Below are positions 16,111 to 24,821 of a DNA stretch of 32,000 bases, in pieces (the first letter of the stretch is position 1; the number at the start of each line of letters is the position of its first letter). The DNA lies in contig NC_008312.1 of the NCBI RefSeq assembly GCF_000014265.1, positions 6,570,001 to 6,602,000 on the forward strand. The letters are read 5' to 3'. Origin of the DNA: Trichodesmium erythraeum IMS101. Its GTDB lineage: Bacteria > Cyanobacteriota > Cyanobacteriia > Cyanobacteriales > Microcoleaceae. The notes beneath the pieces are model-generated. The model saw only the letters and a program-made list of their open reading frames with translations. It did not search any database and was not told where the DNA came from. The position numbers were made by a program, and so were the translations under genes.

Positions 16111-16902
16111 ATGACTATAGATATTAAACCAGCTCCTACAGCTCCAGATGGTGAAATTATGATGATCAAAGAGAATCACTTTTTAGATATATTTGATAGT
16201 GCTGATATGAGTTTATCATTTTTTGGGATTTGTATAAAAAATGCACCCTTATTAATTTTTGCTATTAGACTTTTAACTGCTGGATATCCTGCCAGAATTA
16301 AAGATAGAAATTTAGGGGCAAAATTACTAAATAAAGTCAAGGAAGTTGTGAGAGGTAATTATGATGTTAATACTTTTTTGAGTCAGGTTGATAATTGGTT
16401 TAATTTTCAAGCTAATTCTATTAATAGATTGCCAGAAAAAGTTCAGAACCAAAGGTTAACTGAACTGAGAGATTATAGAGATTGTTTGGTGGCTTTTTTT
16501 GCTAAATTTCAACCTAAAAGTTTGAATGATTGGAAAACAGAAATAGATAAGATTTTTGATGAATCAACTACTACTAAAAAAATTATAGATTTATATACTA
16601 TTCATAGTGGTAAAGGTGGAGAAGGACATTATACATTTATTATTTATCCTGAGAATATGCCTATAGAATTTGAGAAGCAAAGCACAGAAGAAAGGCAGCA
16701 GGAACAACACATGATATACGTTGCTTTAACCCGCTGCCTGACTCGTGCTAAGGGTGGTATTTTGTGGTTGGTGTTGGAAGGGAAAAAAGATACTGTAAAT
16801 TATCCAAAATGGCTACCACATGACTACCGGAAACTATGGAAAGATGATAAAGGTGAGTATTTTGAACTTGATTTTGAGGAATTGGAAGATATTGAGTTTT
16901 AG
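16111..16902 (+). pseudogene. UvrD/RecD-like helicase C-terminal fragment (N-terminus removed)
   Basis: IDLYTIHSGKGGEGHYTFII...QEQHMIYVALTRC matches helicase motifs V and VI of the UvrD_C type (TIHxxKGxE...YVAxTRA). There are no Walker motifs, and it starts right after the IS630 fragment. Confidence 0.5.
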
Positions 16903-16957
16903 AATTTAGTTACAACTTTTTAAAATACTCTTGTGTTTTAAGTGCAACTTGACCGTA

Positions 16958-19900
16958 TTAGCTAGTTTCAATACCATCATCAAGTCCTAATTCCTGGAGA
17001 GAAACTTTGGTTTCATTAATATTTTGAGATGTAATGCTTCCGGTTACAGAAAAATTAATTTCTACTGTTAAATTAAAATCTTTTTTTGCAGCAAACCTAC
17101 TCAGAACTTTTGTATAAAATTGCATCCACTTTTGAGGTGTAATTTCTCCTCGCCAAGAAATTATATTAGGAATATTTGATGTTTCACCTTCAGTAATTTC
17201 ATTAGTTCTATCTGACTTGGTTAAACTACTATCGGTAATATTATAATTTTCCGATTTTTCTTGGAGATGAGGTAACTTAAGCTCTACAGTAAATTTGGCT
17301 TTAATGCTAATATATTCTACTTGAGCAGTAACTATAAAATTCCCCTCATCTTTCCCGGCTGTTAAAACACCATTGAAGTTAATTTCTCCTCCTGTAGCAC
17401 TCCAGTTAATTTCTTCTACATTAATTGACCGGTTATATTGGTCTTTTCCTGTCACTAAAAATGTTTGTTTTTGACCAGGTTTTAAGAGAACTTCTTCAGG
17501 AGAAATAATTAATTGAGTTAATCTGGGGGGGTCTTTAATTCTAGCTTCATAATCTTCTGCTACTTCTGCTTTAATTACAAATACATCATCAGATATTTCT
17601 ACATCTTGAACAGAAAAGTTGGGTTGATTAAATATAAAAGGTTCATAACCATTTTTACTTTTCCCCACATAAGCTAATAATCCTTCCCGTACTCCATGAA
17701 CAATAGCTTCTGGCACAGCTTTAGCTTCTAATAATCTAGGAAAAGTTGGGGAAGCAAAAAAGGCATCCTGAATATTTTTAATACTCCATTCTGTAAAAAC
17801 AGGCGGCCAATTTCTGAGTAAAAACCGAGGATGAATGACGCTTGTAATTTCTCCATTAGCCTGTAGACGATTGATAATTAAACTTACCATTGAGTTAGCT
17901 TGACTCGAATTAAGCATTCCTAAATCAATCCACTGAATCTCTTGAATCTCTGGAATCTCTGGATTTTTTCCCCACAAAGCAACAGATGTATAAGACTGCC
18001 AAACAGTTTCTTGTAATAACTTTTTCGACTTGTCAATATTTTCCTTAAGTTGCTGTTTTTGCTCGGCATTTAATTCTGTTTCTTGGTCGCTAATATCCTC
18101 CCAAGCTAATAAATTTCTGGCTCGTTCTCTCAGGAGATTATCAGGATTAGCCACCACAAAAATTATCGCACTCTTAAAAGTTCTAGCTGAACTACCACAA
18201 TTTAATATTATTGATTCTATAAATTTGCTTGTCTCCTCATCAGAACGAACATATTCGGGACTTAAAATAGCTAAATTCAGCACTGGTCGGTTGGCAATAC
18301 TATTAGTATATTCTGGAAAATAAACAACTTGAATTACCCCATTAGTAGTAAAAACTTTTTTAATTTCGGCTGCGACTCTTTCCTGTATTCTAGAACTTTG
18401 TATATTGGCTCGACGGTCTGCTAAAATTTTATTCAAGTTGGGAGAAATATTAAACCGATATCTATTCTTATTTACCAATAAATAATAACTTTCATTTTGC
18501 AATGCTTCCAAAACTGTTTCTACATTGACAATATCAAAATTTGGCTCTCCCACTGCTAACCTAATTTCAGGAATAGTTGCTTCGGTGTTTTGTTGACCGC
18601 CATTAGATTCAAAAAATATAGTAGTTGCGACTTTTCGATGGAGACGAGATTTTTTAATGGTTGCTACTGCTTCCTTATCTAACCGGATAGCATGAGCATT
18701 CTGCTTACCACAAATATCTGTGGTGACAGCACCCTCTAAACGCTCTTCGCCCAACTGATTAAATACTGCGGTGCGAAACAGAGGGTCGTCTAGGGGAGCA
18801 TTACCCAAACCAATGAGTGGGTCGTTGTGAACTTTTCTGTAACTTTCTTGATAGGCACGAGCAACCCAGAGTGCTAATAGTCTCAAAATACCCCTAGTTC
18901 GTTGAAACCTTGGTAAAACTTGCCACTTACGCTCAAATACTGACAAAACTGTGGGGTGAAATGGGTAGGTAGCGATGAATGCTTTTTGGGCGTTATCAAC
19001 GTTAAACCAACTAGGTATTTGCTGGTGGTGGGATATCACCCATTCAGCGTATTCATTACAGGTGGCGATCGCATCTCTGGGCAACATAATTTTACCTTCG
19101 GTAGTAACCGCTTCTTTATCCCACTCAAACAAACGACGACGGATAATTTCTGAAGTTTCTGACTCTGCTGACATAACTATAGCTTTTCCCAGACGGTCTA
19201 ACATTTTTTTAAGTCGTTGTTCGTCTGCTTCGTCTGCTTGGGTATATTCCATTTCTGAAGCTGGAATAGACACCACTAAAACAACATTTTCTAAACTTCT
19301 AGCTGTTTCAGAAAGTGCCTGCAAAAAATTATAAAAGCGGTTATGATATTCACGACTGCGATAAGTAGAAATATAGTTAATAATTTCATCCATTAAAATT
19401 AAACAGGGTCTATCTTTTGGAAATAATTTCCGAATCACATCACCCTTGGGTTCGATAAAATTTTTCTCATGTTCAGCAACATAATTAAAAGCTGTTTCTC
19501 CTCCTAATTGAAAAGCAATTTCTCCCCAGGGAGTTTTCCGTAGCGGAGTACCATCATTTCCACCTCTACCAGTAATAGAATCAAATTGTACTCCTACAAA
19601 AACTGCTACTGCTGCTTCGGGAATAGAATTAATTTTTGCTGTTTTGAGAATCTTATCTACTCCAGTCCAATTATTAGCTAAACTGCCATTTTTTGCTAAA
19701 TGATATAGTAAAGTTAAGGCGTGAGTTTTACCCCCTCCAAATTGAGTAGAGAGGTTAAAAATAGCTGAAGTACCGCTAGTTTCTCCAGACAAACGACGGA
19801 CAACTTGAGATGCTAAGTCGGTCAGAGATTTTGTTAAATAAGTCCGTTCAAAGAAACGCTCCGGTTGCTGATAATCTACCGGAGCATTATTGTTACGAAC

Positions 19901-20005
19901 TTGGTCGAGATGAATGGCAAATTCAGAAGTATCTAAAGGTTTACCTTCTCGTAAATCTTCTCTAGGAATTAAACCATCTATTTTGTACCATGCTTTAATT
20001 GCCAT
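16958..20005 (-). CDS. DUF499-type ATPase (anti-phage associated) with a C-terminal Ig-like (Big_2-like) segment
   Basis: FNLSTQFGGGKTHALTLLYHLA is Walker A and PCLILMDEIINYIS is Walker B. The large alpha-rich body is typical of DUF499. Near the C-terminus is LLKPGQKQTFLVTGKDQYNRSINVEEINWSATGGEINFNGVLTAGKDEGNFIVTAQV. Confidence 0.8.
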   Translation of the reverse strand: MAIKAWYKIDGLIPREDLREGKPLDTSEFAIHLDQVRNNNAPVDYQQPERFFERTYLTKSLTDLASQVVRRLSGETSGTSAIFNLSTQFGGGKTHALTLLYHLAKNGSLANNWTGVDKILKTAKINSIPEAAVAVFVGVQFDSITGRGGNDGTPLRKTPWGEIAFQLGGETAFNYVAEHEKNFIEPKGDVIRKLFPKDRPCLILMDEIINYISTYRSREYHNRFYNFLQALSETARSLENVVLVVSIPASEMEYTQADEADEQRLKKMLDRLGKAIVMSAESETSEIIRRRLFEWDKEAVTTEGKIMLPRDAIATCNEYAEWVISHHQQIPSWFNVDNAQKAFIATYPFHPTVLSVFERKWQVLPRFQRTRGILRLLALWVARAYQESYRKVHNDPLIGLGNAPLDDPLFRTAVFNQLGEERLEGAVTTDICGKQNAHAIRLDKEAVATIKKSRLHRKVATTIFFESNGGQQNTEATIPEIRLAVGEPNFDIVNVETVLEALQNESYYLLVNKNRYRFNISPNLNKILADRRANIQSSRIQERVAAEIKKVFTTNGVIQVVYFPEYTNSIANRPVLNLAILSPEYVRSDEETSKFIESIILNCGSSARTFKSAIIFVVANPDNLLRERARNLLAWEDISDQETELNAEQKQQLKENIDKSKKLLQETVWQSYTSVALWGKNPEIPEIQEIQWIDLGMLNSSQANSMVSLIINRLQANGEITSVIHPRFLLRNWPPVFTEWSIKNIQDAFFASPTFPRLLEAKAVPEAIVHGVREGLLAYVGKSKNGYEPFIFNQPNFSVQDVEISDDVFVIKAEVAEDYEARIKDPPRLTQLIISPEEVLLKPGQKQTFLVTGKDQYNRSINVEEINWSATGGEINFNGVLTAGKDEGNFIVTAQVEYISIKAKFTVELKLPHLQEKSENYNITDSSLTKSDRTNEITEGETSNIPNIISWRGEITPQKWMQFYTKVLSRFAAKKDFNLTVEINFSVTGSITSQNINETKVSLQELGLDDGIETS

Positions 20006-20116
20006 AATGATAATATTTTTCTCCTTTTTTTGTTCCTAATTGAAGCTATAGCCTCATTCTGCTAATTCTTAGACAGAACACTGTAGGTGAGGTTTAATCC
20101 GGCAAACAAACAAAGT

Positions 20117-20695
20117 TCAAAAAAGTGTAAATTTGCCAATATTCACCTCCATTAACCACCACTTAAAGAAATCGTAGGGAAATGTCAAAGCTGCTTCTCT
20201 ACTTCCTACTACAACTAAAGTTTCTCCCTGTAAATCTAATCTTTCTCTTGGTAAAATAGGTTGTAAAATTTCCCGTTCTAAATAATTAATTAATTCTCTT
20301 CTTTCTCCAGCAGTTTGGCAATAACAAAATACCACCCGTAAAGCCACTCGCACACAGAGAACTTTCCACAAAGAATAAGCACTGCGTTCCCAATTATTTT
20401 CTAATTCTATAACTGCAATAGGAAACTGCCAGCGTTGAGCAGCACCAACAAACGCCATCACATCCATTGTTAAAAACTCATTAGTAGCGACTGGCAACAA
20501 CTCTAGAGAATAACCTTTAGCTGATGCTTGCCATCCCAATGTTTGACAAGTAGAAACTACTACAGCAGTTAAAGCTGAAGTCCACTCCTTAAGTTGTTTT
20601 TGCTCTCCGGCAGTTTGGAGAGTTTGAGCATGGGTAGGTTGTTGTACGACTTGCCAAAAAGCCGATCGCCATTTTTCAGCTAAGTTAGTTTGCAC
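20117..20695 (-). CDS. hypothetical protein (192 aa) inside the helicase-methylase-ATPase operon
   Basis: GTG start 9 nt after the PIN gene stop. No motif securely recognised. TMDVMAF...FPIAVIELENNWERSAYSLWK could be a PD-(D/E)xK-like core. Its size and position fit the small accessory gene (DUF3780-type) that I recall in such operons, but this is unverified. Confidence 0.55.
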   Translation of the reverse strand: MQTNLAEKWRSAFWQVVQQPTHAQTLQTAGEQKQLKEWTSALTAVVVSTCQTLGWQASAKGYSLELLPVATNEFLTMDVMAFVGAAQRWQFPIAVIELENNWERSAYSLWKVLCVRVALRVVFCYCQTAGERRELINYLEREILQPILPRERLDLQGETLVVVGSREAALTFPYDFFKWWLMEVNIGKFTLF

Positions 20696-20704
20696 TTTTG
20701 AAAA

Positions 20705-21190
20705 TTACTCTCCCACTGACATCAAGACTTGATTCATTAATCTCTCTGATAGATACATTCCAGACAACCTTAACTGTTCTAAAACAGGACGTGCTTCTGA
20801 AATTACTCCACGTTGTTTGGCAGTTAAAACTAAACCCAAAGTACCTCTCACCGGAATTCCTAACGCTTGGGCACAACGACGAGCAGCTAAATCATCAATA
20901 ATCACTTCTGTATTTGGGTGATGATACCCCCAACTCAAAACCTCTGATTCTCCTGCTCCTAAATCCCAACTTTGAATCACAGCAGGAATAGCAGGAGTTT
21001 GAGTCACAACTAACCAATCTGTTTGAGCTAACATTTGGGCAGTTACATCTGTGTTTCCGTAGGCTTGAATTTCTGTAGCTACTGCTTGAGGAACAATAAT
21101 TTTTGGACTCAGCATTTGCAGGAAGTTGAGCAAATTTGCTTGAGTCAAAAAAATCAAAGGTGAAGTATTTACTGCCGGAAATTCAGCCAC
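20705..21190 (-). CDS. DUF3368-family PIN-domain toxin
   Basis: NTSPLIFLTQANLLNFLQ...IIVPQAVATEI...LGAGESEVLSWG...VIIDDLAARRCAQALGIPVRGTLGLVLTAKQRG is the typical DUF3368 pattern. The GTG start overlaps the antitoxin stop (GTGGCTGA). Confidence 0.8.
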   Translation of the reverse strand: MAEFPAVNTSPLIFLTQANLLNFLQMLSPKIIVPQAVATEIQAYGNTDVTAQMLAQTDWLVVTQTPAIPAVIQSWDLGAGESEVLSWGYHHPNTEVIIDDLAARRCAQALGIPVRGTLGLVLTAKQRGVISEARPVLEQLRLSGMYLSERLMNQVLMSVGE

Positions 21191-21434
21191 GCTCTAACTC
21201 CCGTTGCAAATCATTAAAATCAACATTAAACACATCTATTTTTTCCCTTGCTAAACTAGCGAGAAAATCTCGACGGTTTAACCCGGCAACTTGAGCTGCT
21301 TTTTCTTGAGAAATTTCCCCTTTTTGATACCAATATATAGCTGCTGCTAAACGCATATCCCGAACAAATTCTTCAGGAGCTAAACGGCGGGCAGAAAAAA
21401 TTTCTTCTGGTAAATTAATAGTAATTTCTGACAT
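21183..21434 (-). CDS. UPF0175-family antitoxin
   Basis: ITINLPEEIFS...DMRLAAAIYWYQKGEISQEKAAQVAGLNRRDFLASLAREKI fits the UPF0175 pattern. It has an 8-nt overlap with the PIN gene. Confidence 0.8.
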   Translation of the reverse strand: MSEITINLPEEIFSARRLAPEEFVRDMRLAAAIYWYQKGEISQEKAAQVAGLNRRDFLASLAREKIDVFNVDFNDLQRELERG

Positions 21435-21533
21435 GATTATTTATGTAAAATTACTGGGATTTAATCAGATAAAGTAGAAAATTTAATGGACATTTTAGAC
21501 AATATCCTCATAACAATTTTACCATTACTTCTG

Positions 21534-24500
21534 CTAAAAACCCAATCCTTTTTTCCTTGCCAATATTCCCTCTAACCAACGTTTCTCTTCCACATTCTGA
21601 GGATATACCCGCAATAGGGCATCTGCTAAATTCCAAAATCTGGGGTCTTTGCCTACTCCCTCCTCTACTAATAGTCGTTTCACTGCTTCGCTACGTCCTG
21701 TTTTGTGTAACAACATGGTTTGATGTATCCGGTCTAATACGGTTTTGCCTATCTCAGCGATCGCTATATCTGCTTCTACTTCTATTTCAGTTTCTTTTTC
21801 TGGCAAAATACCTTCTAAACTTAGTTGTTTTGGAGTCTTACTTTTGCGTTTTTTAGTATTAGTAGTAGGGGCAACTTTTCCGATTAAATAATGACTCCTT
21901 TCTTGTACTGGTAAAAGTCTGGCTTTATTACCTTTTATTTCTACTAAATGGGTGAGGTTTTCTAGGTGCGCTCCTAAACCTTGGGCGATTTTGCGGGCGG
22001 TGTCAAACTCTAAGGCAAAACCTGTAGATTTTTGATTTTTGCTGGCGGGGGTGTCTTCCTCATCTTGGTCTGACTCTGTTTCTGTTGCTGATTCGGTGCT
22101 GCCAGTAGAAAGCGTCCATAACCAAATGACTGTGAGACGAGCGTCTGCTTCCAGGTTATTAGTGTCAGCTTCCGAGAATATCTGTTTTAAGGCTTCGTTT
22201 GCTACTGTTCCCCAGAGATATTCTAGGTATTCGCCCAAAGTGACTGGTTGCCCATTGACTTTTTCCACGCTGGAGTAACGAGAGAATATTTCTAGGGCGG
22301 GTCCGATACAAGCAAAGATAGCATCAGCACCGACTATACCTTCTGATGTCAGACGTGGCATCCAGTCTTGGATGCGTTGGGGTAGCTCTTGGATGATGTC
22401 GCGCCAGTCGCCGATATTGTTATTGTTGCGGGGTCGGCAAACAAGATGGATGGATGAGGCGAGGGCAGCAGAGTTTTGGGCGCGGGGTCTGTTGCCCCTT
22501 TCTGTGTCTATTGCCCAGGATGCGGTTATTTTCCAACCAGCATCTATCATTGCTTGTAGTTGAGCTTCCCATCCAGCAGTTGATTTGTGGGCAAAGACAA
22601 TAATACCTATTCCGTCTGAGGATATGATGCGACATCCTTCTGCCATTGCTTTTGCCATCTGGGTTTCAAACCATTTGCCGTTTTTGTGTGGGTATCTTTT
22701 GGAATCCCATCCTGCCATTTCACAAATTTCATCATCTTTCGGAGTAGTTTCACTAGAAAATAAGTTGGGGTAGGTTTTGTTTAGAGTTCTTTTTAGCCAG
22801 ACATAGAAAAAGTCGGATAAGTCAGCGTAGGGTACAGCGTTGTAATAAGGAGGATCGGAAAAGAAGCATTGAGTAAAGTCGTCTGGTAGGGGGTGACTCG
22901 CTGCATTTGCTTGTTGGGTTTGACCGGGGTCGGGTAATAATGATGCTTTGATGACGGATAAAACCCAACTGACAGCACCTTGCCAGTATCCGTCAGAACC
23001 TCCCACTAGATTTGTTTCTCCAAAATCCCAAAGCATGGGTAAAGCTTGCCTAGCGAAAACACCGTCTATTAACTCTCGACTGTTATTCCACTTTGATAGA
23101 GAGCAAAACTGATTAGTGCAGCGATCAACTGCCAAAGCCAAACAAGTCTGAATAGCGATCGCCAACCTTTCATCCTCATTACTAGCCAATTTTTTTCCCA
23201 CTTCCTTAACTAACCTCACCAAAGTAGTTAAAGCTAAAGCTTGACGAGAAGAAAATAAACTTCCCCAGGTGTTATGTCCGTAAATGGGCGCATTAAAAAC
23301 ACCGCTCATAACTGGCACCGGTTCATCCGGCACCAAACTCAACTCCCCACCATACTCCAACTTCCGCCTTGCCAACTCCTCACCTGCCATTCTCACCGCT
23401 TCCAAATCTCTCTCATTGGGCAACCGATAAAACCTACCCTTCACCTTCTCCCTAGTCGTCACCACACAAAACAACCGGGCATCATCCGCACCCCCACCCC
23501 TTGCTTGCAACTGCTTTCGCACCGAAGCCACCGGAGTCGTAAACCCACAACAAGGACAAGTCGCTGAACCTCGTTTCACCGTTCCATCCCCAACATCTTT
23601 CCCTTTCACCTGCTCCACAATCTCAAAATCAACTCGCTTTTCCTCCTGCCGAGGAATCAACCGTAACGCCACCGACCGATTCTTTTTCTTTGCCAACCAC
23701 AAACTCCGCATCAAAGGAACCTCCGCCCCACATCCAGGCCCCTCACAAACAATCGTCCGCGCCCAAAGATAAGCAATAGGTGTTTCCACATCCCCATTCT
23801 TAAGTGTTGCAGCAGATTTAGGATAAAACTCCCCCAATTCCTTTTCTGCCTCCTGCTTTATCCATTCTCCCCACTTACGCACCTCATCCGCCAAAGTTTG
23901 CCCATACTTAGGAATATATTCCAACACAACCTTATTTAACAAAACCGCCACCGGATTCAAATCAGAGGCAAAAGCATCTGCTCCTACCCGCAAAGCCTCC
24001 AAAGGAATCGCACCTCCACCCGCAAAAGAGTCAAAAACTACGGGTTTTGTATCAGTAATTCCTCCTAAAGAATAATGACTAATTTCTGTTAGTTTACGAC
24101 TGGTTTGTAAATAATCTGGATGTGTAGAATTATCCCAATTAGCAAAGTCAGCAATAAAGTCTAATAAGCGATAACGGAGTATGTTTAAATGTTCTATTTT
24201 TTCTGGATTTAACTGATTTTTAGGTTTAGCTAAAACTTGCCATTTTTTTAGGTTTGCTGTGGAGCCATGATTATCTAAATTTTTATCAACTATTTTGGCA
24301 AAACCATTAATAACTTTTGCAGCCTCAACCCGAAACAATTCCGGGCAATTATCATCAACTGGGTCTAACCAAAGAGCAGCACAAATTACAGCCCGACAAG
24401 CAGCCAAAGGTCGTCTTGCCCACCAAATATGTAAGGTCGAAATATGACCGTGACGAATTGATTTTTCTCGTCTAGCATGGGCAGAGATTTGTTTAATTGG

Positions 24501-24539
24501 GAGGTCTACTTCAATTAAGCGTTTGGGATAATTTGTCAT
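21534..24539 (-). CDS. DUF1156-domain DNA methyltransferase (DPPY type)
   Basis: The DUF1156 N-terminus is LIEVDLPIKQISAHARREKSIRHGHISTLHIWWARRPLAACRA. VFDSFAGGGAIPLEA is the SAM-binding motif I and FFSDPPYYNAVPY is motif IV. A Cys4 ribbon is CEGPGC...CPCCG. Confidence 0.85.
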   Translation of the reverse strand: MTNYPKRLIEVDLPIKQISAHARREKSIRHGHISTLHIWWARRPLAACRAVICAALWLDPVDDNCPELFRVEAAKVINGFAKIVDKNLDNHGSTANLKKWQVLAKPKNQLNPEKIEHLNILRYRLLDFIADFANWDNSTHPDYLQTSRKLTEISHYSLGGITDTKPVVFDSFAGGGAIPLEALRVGADAFASDLNPVAVLLNKVVLEYIPKYGQTLADEVRKWGEWIKQEAEKELGEFYPKSAATLKNGDVETPIAYLWARTIVCEGPGCGAEVPLMRSLWLAKKKNRSVALRLIPRQEEKRVDFEIVEQVKGKDVGDGTVKRGSATCPCCGFTTPVASVRKQLQARGGGADDARLFCVVTTREKVKGRFYRLPNERDLEAVRMAGEELARRKLEYGGELSLVPDEPVPVMSGVFNAPIYGHNTWGSLFSSRQALALTTLVRLVKEVGKKLASNEDERLAIAIQTCLALAVDRCTNQFCSLSKWNNSRELIDGVFARQALPMLWDFGETNLVGGSDGYWQGAVSWVLSVIKASLLPDPGQTQQANAASHPLPDDFTQCFFSDPPYYNAVPYADLSDFFYVWLKRTLNKTYPNLFSSETTPKDDEICEMAGWDSKRYPHKNGKWFETQMAKAMAEGCRIISSDGIGIIVFAHKSTAGWEAQLQAMIDAGWKITASWAIDTERGNRPRAQNSAALASSIHLVCRPRNNNNIGDWRDIIQELPQRIQDWMPRLTSEGIVGADAIFACIGPALEIFSRYSSVEKVNGQPVTLGEYLEYLWGTVANEALKQIFSEADTNNLEADARLTVIWLWTLSTGSTESATETESDQDEEDTPASKNQKSTGFALEFDTARKIAQGLGAHLENLTHLVEIKGNKARLLPVQERSHYLIGKVAPTTNTKKRKSKTPKQLSLEGILPEKETEIEVEADIAIAEIGKTVLDRIHQTMLLHKTGRSEAVKRLLVEEGVGKDPRFWNLADALLRVYPQNVEEKRWLEGILARKKGLGF

Positions 24540-24760
24540 TTTAGTTATCAGTTATAATTTATCAGTTATATCATGTTTGGAGCATCAACTAAAATACACT
24601 TGCTCTCCCGAAATACCTATTGAATGACAAATACATAACTTCTCTGTTTTGTCAAGTTTTATCTTAAGAAAAATATTTATAAAGCATAGCTCTTTCAAGA
24701 GAATAAGAAAAAGAACATTCCATACTTCAAACCTCTCTATTACAAGAGTTACTAATAAAT

Positions 24761-24789
24761 GACATAACAGACATCCTACCTGTTATGTC
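24761..24789. promoter_or_regulatory. perfect 10-bp stem hairpin between the helicase and methyltransferase genes
   Basis: gacataacag (24761-24770), a 9-nt loop, then ctgttatgtc (24780-24789). It lies 33 nt past the helicase stop on the transcribed minus strand. Confidence 0.5.
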
Positions 24790-24821
24790 AGTTATAAACT
24801 ATCCATTACTTTATTGATACT

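Noticed and set aside
18030-19334. Plus-strand ORFs of 97, 65 and 119 aa
   Set aside because: All are antisense within the DUF499 ATPase gene. They are shadow ORFs.
20685-20901. ORFs of 63 aa (minus strand) and 67 aa (plus strand)
   Set aside because: They overlap the DUF3368 PIN gene in other frames, and the PIN frame is supported by family motifs.
20705-21190. Possible inactivating D-to-N change in the first PIN acidic position (AVNTSPLIF)
   Set aside because: I cannot tell without a family alignment whether Asn is common at this position in DUF3368 proteins, so it is not reported as a finding.
21557-23567. Several plus-strand and minus-strand ORFs (61-99 aa) within 21.5-23.6 kb
   Set aside because: All lie inside the DUF1156 methyltransferase gene in other frames. 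The higher GC content there inflates spurious ORF length.
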